A stretch of DNA of 55,849 bases from NCBI GenBank assembly GCA_035575695.1, contig DATLXP010000101.1:1-55849 (forward strand). The letters run 5' to 3'. Below, piece by piece: positions 47,787 through 55,475 of this stretch (positions within the stretch are counted from its first letter, which is position 1; each line of letters starts with the position of its first letter). The notes under the pieces are model-generated. The model did no database searches. It was given only the letters and a program-made list of their open reading frames with translations, and had not been told where the DNA came from. Both the position numbers and the translations under genes were made by a program. Source of the stretch: Vicinamibacterales bacterium. Lineage in GTDB: Bacteria; Acidobacteriota; Vicinamibacteria; Vicinamibacterales; 2-12-FULL-66-21.

Positions 47787-48058
47787 TCATTACGGCCTTC
47801 ACGCGCCTCATCCTTGCGGCGTATTTCATCGAGGCAGGGCTCATCCTGATCGTCGTTCCGTGGTCCGGGTTCTGGGAGCGAAACGCAGTGACGTCGATCG
47901 TCCCCGCGGCTCGCGGCTGGCTTGCGGACCCGTACGTGCGTGGCGCAGTGTCCGGTGTCGGGGTGATGACCGCGTCCGCAGGACTGCTGGAGCTTGCCGG
48001 CGTGTTTGGTCTTCGCCGCCAGCGGGCCGACTCGACTGGCACGACCCCTGGTGTATGA
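47783..48058 (+). CDS. unlisted small membrane protein (~90 aa); non-canonical start (CTG 47783, ATC 47786 or ATT 47789)
   Basis: Frame 2 is open from 47756 to TGA 48056-48058. It encodes IITAFTRLILAAYFIEAGLILIVVPWSGFW...GVGVMTASAGLLELAGVFGL (two hydrophobic helices) with GC-biased third positions. GGGAGG at 47777-47782 lies 6 nt before ATT 47789. There is no in-frame ATG/GTG/TTG before the first TM. Confidence 0.5.
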   Translation: MIITAFTRLILAAYFIEAGLILIVVPWSGFWERNAVTSIVPAARGWLADPYVRGAVSGVGVMTASAGLLELAGVFGLRRQRADSTGTTPGV

Positions 48059-48092
48059 GCGAGATCCGCCGGTGACGGAGCGTGAGAAGCCG

Positions 48093-48731
48093 ATGATCTG
48101 CATCGTGACGCGGGCTCGCGGCGCTGCTGGTTCGCGCGAACGGATCGCCCTCGTGTCGCGCCTCGCCGCCGGCGCCGACGCCGGGGCCACCATGATCCAG
48201 GTTCGCGAACGTCATCTCGATGATCGCGCCCTGCTGGCGTTTGTTCGGGAGTTGCTCGACGCGACCCGCGCGACCCCCTGCGCGGTGAGCGTGAATGACC
48301 GGCTGGATATCGTGCTGGCCACGGGCGCGCACGGCGTGCATCTGAAGAGTGACGGCGTCAGCGTCTCGGATGTGCGCCGGGTTGCACCGCCAGGCCTGAT
48401 CGTGGGTCGCTCGGTGCACTCCGAGGCGGAGGCGATCGCGACCGAGGCCCAGGGGGGCTGCGATTACCTCTTCTTCGGCACCGTGTTCCCATCGGCGAGC
48501 AAACCCACCGACCACCCGGTGGCGGGGATCGAGGGGCTCAGGCGGGTCTGTGAGAGTGTGTCGCTGCCGGTGGTCGCGATCGGCGGGGTGACCACCGCTC
48601 GCACGGCAGAGGTGGTGAGGGCGGGTGCTGCGGGAGTTGCAGCCATCAGCCTCTTTGTGGAGGCCGCCGATGTCGTCCGTGTGGTGACGTCCCTGCATCA
48701 TGCGTTGACAGGCCATCAGGGGCGTGTCTAA
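48093..48731 (+). CDS. thiE: thiamine-phosphate synthase
   Basis: ...IQVRE..., VNDRLDI, GVHL, G.S.H, DY..FG.VF.S.SK and IGG motifs. Start could also be GTG 48072 or 48051. Confidence 0.8.
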   Translation: MICIVTRARGAAGSRERIALVSRLAAGADAGATMIQVRERHLDDRALLAFVRELLDATRATPCAVSVNDRLDIVLATGAHGVHLKSDGVSVSDVRRVAPPGLIVGRSVHSEAEAIATEAQGGCDYLFFGTVFPSASKPTDHPVAGIEGLRRVCESVSLPVVAIGGVTTARTAEVVRAGAAGVAAISLFVEAADVVRVVTSLHHALTGHQGRV

Positions 48732-48734
48732 ATT
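48705..48734 (+). promoter_or_regulatory. promoter inside the thiE 3' end, TTGACA-18 nt-TAAATT
   Basis: TTGACA 48705-48710 and TAAATT 48729-48734. The -10 ends 9 nt before the rodZ ATG (48744), which implies a leaderless or very short-leader mRNA. Confidence 0.45.
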
Positions 48735-48743
48735 GAGCGCCGC

Positions 48744-49535
48744 ATGACTGACTTTGGAGAGAAACTGCGACTGGCGCGCGAAGAGCGCGGAATTTCACTG
48801 CGGCAGATCGCCGCCAGCACGAAGATTGCGGTCGCCGCGCTCGAAGCGCTCGAGCGTAACGACATCTCGAAGCTGCCCGGCGGCATTTTCAGCCGCTCCT
48901 TCGTCCGGTCGTATGCGGCCGAAGTGGGTCTCGATCCTGACCAGACGGTTCGGGATTTTCTCGACCGGTTCGAGGCCGAGCCGCCGCCTCCCCCTGTAGC
49001 CGCAGCGCGGATCTCCGACGAGGAACACGCCTACGAGGCGCGCCGCCAGGGGGCCATGCTGACCGTCAAAGTGCTGGCCGGCGTGGTCCTCGCCGCGGCC
49101 GTCCTCCTGTATTTCGTCCTGCGCGGACGCACAGCCGGAACAGCGTCCGGAACGACAGCGGCGCCCCAGGCGGACGCCACACCGGCGGCGCCGACGGGCG
49201 GTCCTGCACCGGGCCAGCCCACCCCGGCCGCCGTTGTGCCCGCCGCACCGCCGGTATCCCCCGCGACGGTCTCGGGCCCCTTGCGCATTGACATCCATCC
49301 CACGGGCCCATGCTGGGTGACGGTCGTCGCCGACGGGCAGAAAATATTCTCGGGGCTCATGCAGGCGGAGGAGCGGAAGACGCTGTCTGTCCGCGATGCC
49401 GCCGTCATCGATGTGGGGGACGCCGGCACGTTCGCGTTCTCGATTGATGGCCGTCCCGCGCGCTCGCTCGGGGCCGCCGGGGAGGTCAGATCCGCCCGCA
49501 TTACCCGAGAGACCATGTCCCAGTACGTGCGCTGA
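48744..49535 (+). CDS. rodZ: RodZ-like cytoskeleton protein (HTH, TM, DUF4115-like C-terminus)
   Basis: N-terminal XRE-type HTH (GEKLRLAREERGISLRQIAASTKI...PGGIFSRSFVRSYA), a single TM and a C-terminal beta domain. Confidence 0.8.
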   Translation: MTDFGEKLRLAREERGISLRQIAASTKIAVAALEALERNDISKLPGGIFSRSFVRSYAAEVGLDPDQTVRDFLDRFEAEPPPPPVAAARISDEEHAYEARRQGAMLTVKVLAGVVLAAAVLLYFVLRGRTAGTASGTTAAPQADATPAAPTGGPAPGQPTPAAVVPAAPPVSPATVSGPLRIDIHPTGPCWVTVVADGQKIFSGLMQAEERKTLSVRDAAVIDVGDAGTFAFSIDGRPARSLGAAGEVRSARITRETMSQYVR

Positions 49536-49639
49536 GGGCATCACGTGCCCGGCCTCTCGTCACGGTAGTCCGCTCGTGGCAGATTCAGGTTTGCGATCCC
49601 CGCTCGTCGACTTCTTCCGTCGCGGAGAGGTGGCGGGCG

Positions 49640-50338
49640 ATGTGCGCCTGCTGGCCGCGCAGTGCGATCGCGCCGCGCGTTCACGAGCAGGTCGCGCTGC
49701 TGCTGCTGCTCTCCGACGATGCGGACCCCTCCATCGCGCGTACGGCGCGCGACACGATCGACCGGCTTCCCGTCATGGCGATCGGACGGTTCATCGGCCG
49801 GAAAGACGTACCCGAACCCATGCGGACGTTCTTTGTGGCCCGCGGGATCGCCCCGATCGAAGGGGCGTACCTCGAAGACGAGCCTCTCGTCGATCCGGAC
49901 CAGGAGGCTGTCGAGACGCTCGAAGAAACGGCCGCTGACCCGGCCGTGCTTGCCGGACTCCCGGTGATCCAGCGGATGAAGCTCGCGATGAAAGGCACGC
50001 GCGAGCAGCGCGGGCAGCTGATTCGGGATCCGAACAAGCTGGTCGCGGTCGCCGTCCTGAGCAGCCCGAAGATCACCGAGGCGGAGATCGAGGCGTACGC
50101 ACGGCAGGCCAACCTGTCGGAGGACGTGCTTCGCATCATCGCGACCAGCCGGGCCTGGGTGAAGAACTACAACGTCGTGGCGGGGTTGACGCGGAACCCG
50201 AAGACGCCGAGGGCGCTGGCGATGGGGTTTCTGCAGCGGCTGAACGAAAAGGACTTGAAACAGCTCTCTACGGACCGGAACGTTTCCGAGCCGGTCCGCC
50301 TCGCCGCCCGGAAGTACCTCGGGCAGGGAAAACGTTGA
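49640..50338 (+). CDS. hypothetical alpha-helical repeat protein; N-terminus probably disrupted (see findings)
   Basis: ORF from ATG 49640. A better-looking N-terminus (VADSGLRSPLVDFFRRGEVAGDVRLLAAQ) lies in the neighbouring frame from GTG 49576. Confidence 0.6.
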   Translation: MCACWPRSAIAPRVHEQVALLLLLSDDADPSIARTARDTIDRLPVMAIGRFIGRKDVPEPMRTFFVARGIAPIEGAYLEDEPLVDPDQEAVETLEETAADPAVLAGLPVIQRMKLAMKGTREQRGQLIRDPNKLVAVAVLSSPKITEAEIEAYARQANLSEDVLRIIATSRAWVKNYNVVAGLTRNPKTPRALAMGFLQRLNEKDLKQLSTDRNVSEPVRLAARKYLGQGKR

Positions 50339-50555
50339 ACTCCCTGCGCATCTCGGCAAGTCCGTCCATGAACACCGCGGCCCGCTGGCGTTCCTCAGGC
50401 GTGGGCATCGACTTCAGGAGGTCGATGGCGCGGTCGAAGTCCTTGAGGATGGTCGATTTATTCGTGCGGAAATAGATGTCGCGAATGTCGGCCAGGATGT
50501 CGTCGCTCGGGCGCGCCGCAACGGGCACGGGCGTCAGGATGATTTTCTTCGCCAT
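50268..50555 (-). CDS. hypothetical small protein (95 aa)
   Basis: Starts 15 nt downstream of the polX stop on the same strand. Its 3' end overlaps the convergent gene by 71 nt. Confidence 0.5.
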   Translation of the reverse strand: MAKKIILTPVPVAARPSDDILADIRDIYFRTNKSTILKDFDRAIDLLKSMPTPEERQRAAVFMDGLAEMRREFNVFPARGTSGRRGGPARKRSGP

Positions 50556-50570
50556 ACGTATGTGTCCTGC

Positions 50571-52292
50571 CTACCGCGGCCGGTGTCGACGCAACGCCGC
50601 GCGGAATTGATCGACCGGCAGGGTGTTCAGCACGTCGGCAGGTTCCAGCCACGCCCGGCGTGCGGTCAACGCGCCCCACCTGAGCGCACTCAGACCCGCC
50701 GGGGAGTGCGCGTCCGAATCGATCACCATCTTGACACCGAGCTCGCGTGCGCGTCGGGCGTGCGCGTCATTGAGGTCCAGGCGATCGACCTGGCTGTTGA
50801 TCTCCACCGCGACGCCGGCGCTCGCGGCTGCCACCAGGATTCGCTCGAGGTCGATAGCATAGCCTTCGCGTTTCAGGAGGAGCCGTCCCGTCGGATGGCC
50901 GAGGATGTCGACATGGGGATTATCGATCGCGCGCAGGATGCGGTCGGTCATCTGCGATTCGTCCTGGGTGAAGGCGGAATGGACGGAGGCGATGACGACG
51001 TCGAGTTCGGCCAGGCAATCGTCGGCCAGGTCCATCGTGCCATCCGCGCGGATGTCGCATTCGATGCCAGCCAGGACGGAGAGGCCGTCGAGGCGCGCAT
51101 CGAGCGCACGAATAGCCCGCGCGTGGCCGAGCGCTCGGGTCTCGTCGAGCCCATTGGCCATCGCGAGCGATTGGCTGTGGTCCGTGATGGCGATGTAATC
51201 GAGACCCCTCGCCTGCGCGGCGCGGGCCATGGTCTCGGCGTCAGCGCGGCCGTCCGTGGCGGTCGTGTGCATGTGCAGGTCGCCGCGGAGATCACTCAGG
51301 TTGAGGAGGCGTGGAAGCGTCCGGGATTCGGCGGCAGCCAGCTCGCCCCGGTTCTCGCGCAGTTCGGGCGGTACCCACGCCAGTCCTAGCGCCGCGTACA
51401 AATCTTCCTCCGAGGCCCCCGCGACGAGCGCGTGGTCGTCGATGCGGTAGAGGCCGTACTCGTTCAGCTTGAGACCACGGTGGATGGCCCGGTCGCGCAA
51501 CACGATGTTGTGGGCTTTCGATCCCGTGAAGTACTGCAACGCGGCGCCAAGGCTCTCGAGCGGCACGATCCGAAGGTCCGCCTGGAACCCGCCCCAGATC
51601 AGCACGCTCGATTTGGTGTCGCCGCGTGCCAGGATCCGCTCGACCAGGGCGTAGGCGGTAAAGGCGTCCATGAGCGAGGTGGGCGCCCCGGCCGCGAGGA
51701 TGTCGATATCGCCGCAGGTCTCGCACCCGCGCCTCAGGCTGCCGACGGCACTGATGTCGGCGGCTGGAGCATGTGCGCGCAGTGCCCCGATGAGCGCGGC
51801 GGCGGCATCGCTCACCTCGGCCAGCACCCGCCGGCCCGTGACCTGCTGCCGCCCCTCGAGCGCCTTGAGGATCAGCGCCTCTTTCTTGGCGCCCATGCCC
51901 TTGAGCGCCCGGATGCGTCCGTCCGTCGCGGCAGCCTGCAGCGCCTCGATGGTCGTGATGCCGAGGCCGCGATAGAGGAGCGCGACGGTCTTAGGCCCGA
52001 CGCCCTGCAGGCGCAGCATGTCGAGTACTGTCGGCGGAAATTCCTGGAGCAGCTCCATGTGGTAGCGGGCGCTGCCGGTCTCGACGAGCTCCCCAAGCTT
52101 TGCCGCGAGGTCTTTGCCGATACCAGGGATCGCGAGCCGTTCGTCGGGGGCCAGGCTGGCGACCTGGGATCCGAGGTGAGCGATGGTCTCGGCGGCGTTG
52201 CGGTACGCGCGGATCTTGAACGGATTCTCGTCCTTGATCTCAAGCAGGTCGCCGATCTCGGCGAACACGCGCGCGATGGCGAGGTTGTGCAC
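50571..52292 (-). CDS. polX: DNA polymerase/3'-5' exonuclease PolX (Pol X core plus PHP domain)
   Basis: N-terminal helix-hairpin-helix region (IA..F.EI..LLEIKDENPFKIRAYRNAA), GDID nucleotidyltransferase motif and C-terminal PHP (DLHMHT, ITDHS). GTG 52292 gives ~573 aa. Track start 52565 overlaps the upstream gene. Confidence 0.9.
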   Translation of the reverse strand: MHNLAIARVFAEIGDLLEIKDENPFKIRAYRNAAETIAHLGSQVASLAPDERLAIPGIGKDLAAKLGELVETGSARYHMELLQEFPPTVLDMLRLQGVGPKTVALLYRGLGITTIEALQAAATDGRIRALKGMGAKKEALILKALEGRQQVTGRRVLAEVSDAAAALIGALRAHAPAADISAVGSLRRGCETCGDIDILAAGAPTSLMDAFTAYALVERILARGDTKSSVLIWGGFQADLRIVPLESLGAALQYFTGSKAHNIVLRDRAIHRGLKLNEYGLYRIDDHALVAGASEEDLYAALGLAWVPPELRENRGELAAAESRTLPRLLNLSDLRGDLHMHTTATDGRADAETMARAAQARGLDYIAITDHSQSLAMANGLDETRALGHARAIRALDARLDGLSVLAGIECDIRADGTMDLADDCLAELDVVIASVHSAFTQDESQMTDRILRAIDNPHVDILGHPTGRLLLKREGYAIDLERILVAAASAGVAVEINSQVDRLDLNDAHARRARELGVKMVIDSDAHSPAGLSALRWGALTARRAWLEPADVLNTLPVDQFRAALRRHRPR

Positions 52293-52297
52293 GGGCG

Positions 52298-53317
52298 TCA
52301 GCCCGCGGCGACGGTGGTATCGACGCGGGTCTCGATCTTCAGTCCCTCGGTTTCTATCCGATAGTCGAGGAGCCTCGCGCCGTTGTCCGTCAACGCCTGT
52401 CGGATGGCGGGGATGCGGTCCGGTTCGCCGATGCAGAAGAGGCAACCTCCGCCGCCGGCACCGCAGACCTTGCCGCCGGTCGCGCCAGCGTTGACGGCCG
52501 ATGTCAACATCGTGTCGATCGCCGGGGTCGTCACGCCAGGGGCGAGCCCCTTCCGGTTCTCCCACTCGTCAGCCACGTGCATCCCGACCGCCGTCCAATC
52601 GCGTCGTTCGAGCGCCTCGCGCATGAGACCGGCGATGTCGCGAATGCGACCGAAGCGGGCCTGCACATCCCGATCACCGTCGATGTGCCGTTTCATCATG
52701 TCCCAGTTGTTGATGCCCGAATTGCGCGACGCGTTGGTGTATGCGAGCACGATACGCTCCTGCAACTCAGCGGGATCCACGTCGAGCGCCACGCGGCGCA
52801 CGCCGTCGACGTCGAGCTCCACCGCGGAGATGCCGCCGAAGAGCGCCGGCCGGTAATCCTGCACGCCCGTCGGCACGTCGATCACCTGCGCTTCCACGTT
52901 CTGCGCGATCTGGAGCAATAGATCGTCGGGCACCGCCCGCTCGGACCACGTGGCCAGGGCGCCGCAGACGGCGATGTTGAGCGCCGACGACCCGGCGATC
53001 CCCGCTCCGACCGGCGACTCGCAGCGCGTGTGCAGCTCCAGTCCTTCCGCCTTGAAGTAGTGGAGGAGCCGCCCGAGCAGCTTCAGATCGTGATTGTCGC
53101 GCAGGTCGGACCAGTGCTCCGCCTCGATGCGCACACCGGTGTCTTCGGAGAAAATCGCGATGCGGGAATCCGACCGCGGCCGGATGGAGCACCGGGCGCG
53201 CAGGCTGATCGCGACATTCAGCGTCTGCGCGCGGTCATGGAACAGATAGAGCGGCCAGATATCAAGGGTGCCGCCCGCCAAATCGATCCGCGTGGGCGCG
53301 GATGCCTCTATGAGCAC
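52298..53317 (-). CDS. GHMP-family sugar kinase (specificity unknown)
   Basis: APTRIDLAGG N-terminus, GHMP motif II PVGAGIAGSSAL and motif III KVCGAGGGG. GTG start. Confidence 0.8.
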   Translation of the reverse strand: MLIEASAPTRIDLAGGTLDIWPLYLFHDRAQTLNVAISLRARCSIRPRSDSRIAIFSEDTGVRIEAEHWSDLRDNHDLKLLGRLLHYFKAEGLELHTRCESPVGAGIAGSSALNIAVCGALATWSERAVPDDLLLQIAQNVEAQVIDVPTGVQDYRPALFGGISAVELDVDGVRRVALDVDPAELQERIVLAYTNASRNSGINNWDMMKRHIDGDRDVQARFGRIRDIAGLMREALERRDWTAVGMHVADEWENRKGLAPGVTTPAIDTMLTSAVNAGATGGKVCGAGGGGCLFCIGEPDRIPAIRQALTDNGARLLDYRIETEGLKIETRVDTTVAAG

Positions 53318-53355
53318 GGAGCATCATAACTCCAACGGCGGCTTCCCACGACTAG

Positions 53356-53449
53356 GCACGACCAAGCACGTCCGTAGAGTGGGCTCGTGGCACGTCAGCA
53401 CGTGGCACCTGCGGCGCGTCGCCCGCCGCAGGAAGCACGTAGATATAAT
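53356..53449. promoter_or_regulatory. divergent control region: five GCACG(T/A) motifs, an 8-bp GC hairpin and a TATAAT box
   Basis: GCACG at 53356, 53366, 53390, 53398 and 53435. Direct repeat CGTGGCAC at 53386-53393 and 53401-53408. Hairpin CTGCGGCG-7 nt-CGCCGCAG at 53409-53431. TATAAT at 53444-53449 ends 7 nt before the nagZ ATG. Confidence 0.4.
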
Positions 53450-53456
53450 CGTTCGC

Positions 53457-54548
53457 ATGTCGAAGAAGGATCTCAGGAAGCATGTGGGCCAGCTCGCCAT
53501 TGCGGGATTCGCCGGTCACAGCATTCCGGCCGACCTGAAGGCACTCGCACGCGAGTTCGATCTCGGGGGTGTGATCTTCTTCGCCCGCAACATCGAGTCC
53601 CCCGAGCAGGTGGCCGACATGGCGAGGGAAGCGCAGTCGCTCACGCGGGAATTGCCATTGTGGGTGAGCGTGGATCAGGAGGGCGGGCGCGTGGCGAGGC
53701 TCAAGGCGCCGTTCACGATCTGGCCGCCGATGGCGACGATGGGGCGGAGCGGCGATGAAGGGCTGGTCGAGCGGTTTGCGCGCGCGCTGGCCGCCGAGCT
53801 CACCGCCGTAGGGATCTCGCTCGACTACACGCCCGTGCTCGATATCCTCACGAATCCCGATAACCCCGTCATCGGCGACCGGGCTCTGGCGACGACCGCG
53901 GCCGATGTCGCGCGGCTTGGCCGGGTGATCATTCGTACGCTGCAGGCGAACGGGATCGCCGCCTGCGGGAAGCACTTTCCGGGTCACGGGGATACCAGCA
54001 CGGATTCGCACTTCGAGTTGCCCTTGATCGAACACCCTCCCGACCGCATCGACCGTGTCGAGCTCGTGCCGTTCCGTGCCGCGATCGAAGCGGGCGTGGC
54101 GTCCATCATGATGGCGCACATCCTCATCCCGGCGTTGGACGCCGAGCTGCCCGCCACCTTGTCCCGGCGGCTTGTCACCGAGATGCTGAAGGAGGAGATG
54201 GGCTATGACGGTCTCGTCCTGTCGGACGACCTCGAGATGAAGGCCATCGGCGATCGCTATGGGATGGAGGAGGCCACGGTCATGTCGATTGCCGCCGGCT
54301 GCGATGCCGTGCTCATGTGCGGCGCGGAGCAGGAGCCGCAGGCACGCGCCCTCGAGGCGGTCATTCATGCTGTCGAAGGGGGAGGGCTCGCGGAGAAGCG
54401 GATGGAAGACGCCCTGGTACGCCACCGTCGAGTGAAGGAGCGCTTCCTCCCGCGTCGCCGCCAGCCACTCGAGGGAGCGGAGCTTCGCGCGGTGTTGGGC
54501 TCCGACGAGCACCAGGCGATCTCCGCCGAGATGGCCCGCTTCGCCTGA
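53457..54548 (+). CDS. nagZ: beta-N-acetylhexosaminidase (GH3)
   Basis: GGVI.F..N, VDQEGGRV.R, KHFPGHG.T..DSH and SDDL.M motifs. Track start 53268 is an extension. Confidence 0.9.
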   Translation: MSKKDLRKHVGQLAIAGFAGHSIPADLKALAREFDLGGVIFFARNIESPEQVADMAREAQSLTRELPLWVSVDQEGGRVARLKAPFTIWPPMATMGRSGDEGLVERFARALAAELTAVGISLDYTPVLDILTNPDNPVIGDRALATTAADVARLGRVIIRTLQANGIAACGKHFPGHGDTSTDSHFELPLIEHPPDRIDRVELVPFRAAIEAGVASIMMAHILIPALDAELPATLSRRLVTEMLKEEMGYDGLVLSDDLEMKAIGDRYGMEEATVMSIAAGCDAVLMCGAEQEPQARALEAVIHAVEGGGLAEKRMEDALVRHRRVKERFLPRRRQPLEGAELRAVLGSDEHQAISAEMARFA

Positions 54549-54551
54549 CGC

Positions 54552-55475
54552 ATGCGAAAGCCGCGTGCCCTGCTGCCCGGCGACCGTGTCGCGGTGATCG
54601 CGCCGGCGAGCTCGGCGGCCATGGACGAATTGACCGCGGGCGCAGACGAACTGCGCGCGCTGGGCTTTCTTCCGCAGCAGGCTGACAGTCTGTTCGCGCG
54701 CGGCCGTTACACCGCCGGCTCCCCGGCCACGCGGGCGGACGCGCTGCGTGACGCATGGGCGGACCCCATGCTGAAGGCCATCATCGCCGCGCGCGGTGGC
54801 TACGGCAGCGTCCAGCTCCTCCCGTTGCTGGCCGCGACGGACTTTGAAGGACGGCCCAAGGCGTTCATCGGCTACAGCGACAATACCTCGCTCATGTCGT
54901 GGCTCACGCTGACGGCCGGGATCGTGACGTTTCATGGCCCGATGATCGAGGGACGTTTCGCACGTGGTGCGGCAGGTTACGACCGCGATACGTTCGAACG
55001 CTGCCTGATGCAGGCAAGGCCGATGGGCCCGGTGACGCACGATCACCTCGAAGTGATCAGGCCCGGCGATGCATCGGGGATGCTCCTCGGGGGGACGATG
55101 ACGCAGCTGGCCGGCTCGCTGGGCACCCCGTATGCCTTCGATCCTCCGGATGGCTGCATCCTGTTCTTTGACGAAGTGGCCGAGCGCCCCTACCGGGTCG
55201 ACCGTCTCTTCACGCAGCTTGCCCAGGCGGGGATCATTCGTCGCGCCGCCGCCATCGTCTTTGGAGAGCTGCCGCGCTGTGACGAGCCGGCCGGGGCGCC
55301 GCGGATCCGTGACGTCGTGATGGACCTGACAGAAGGGTTCCCCGGCCCCGTGTTGTTCGGGCTGCCGTCCGGCCACACGGACGGCGCGACGCTGACGCTG
55401 CCGTTTGGCGTGCGCGCGCGGGTCGTGGCCGGACGGCGCCCCTCTCTCGTGATCGAGGAAGCGGCGGTGGACTAA
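54552..55475 (+). CDS. ldcA: LD-carboxypeptidase (muramoyltetrapeptide carboxypeptidase, S66)
   Basis: L..GD.V.VIAP.S, ARGGYG and GYSD.T (nucleophile Ser) motifs, plus a conserved C-terminal His region. Confidence 0.88.
   Translation: MRKPRALLPGDRVAVIAPASSAAMDELTAGADELRALGFLPQQADSLFARGRYTAGSPATRADALRDAWADPMLKAIIAARGGYGSVQLLPLLAATDFEGRPKAFIGYSDNTSLMSWLTLTAGIVTFHGPMIEGRFARGAAGYDRDTFERCLMQARPMGPVTHDHLEVIRPGDASGMLLGGTMTQLAGSLGTPYAFDPPDGCILFFDEVAERPYRVDRLFTQLAQAGIIRRAAAIVFGELPRCDEPAGAPRIRDVVMDLTEGFPGPVLFGLPSGHTDGATLTLPFGVRARVVAGRRPSLVIEEAAVD

Noticed and set aside
53386-53420. Two TGGCAC boxes that could be sigma-54 -24 elements, with a sigma-54 activator encoded in the window.
   Set aside because: Neither is followed at the required spacing by a TTGC(A/T) -12 element.
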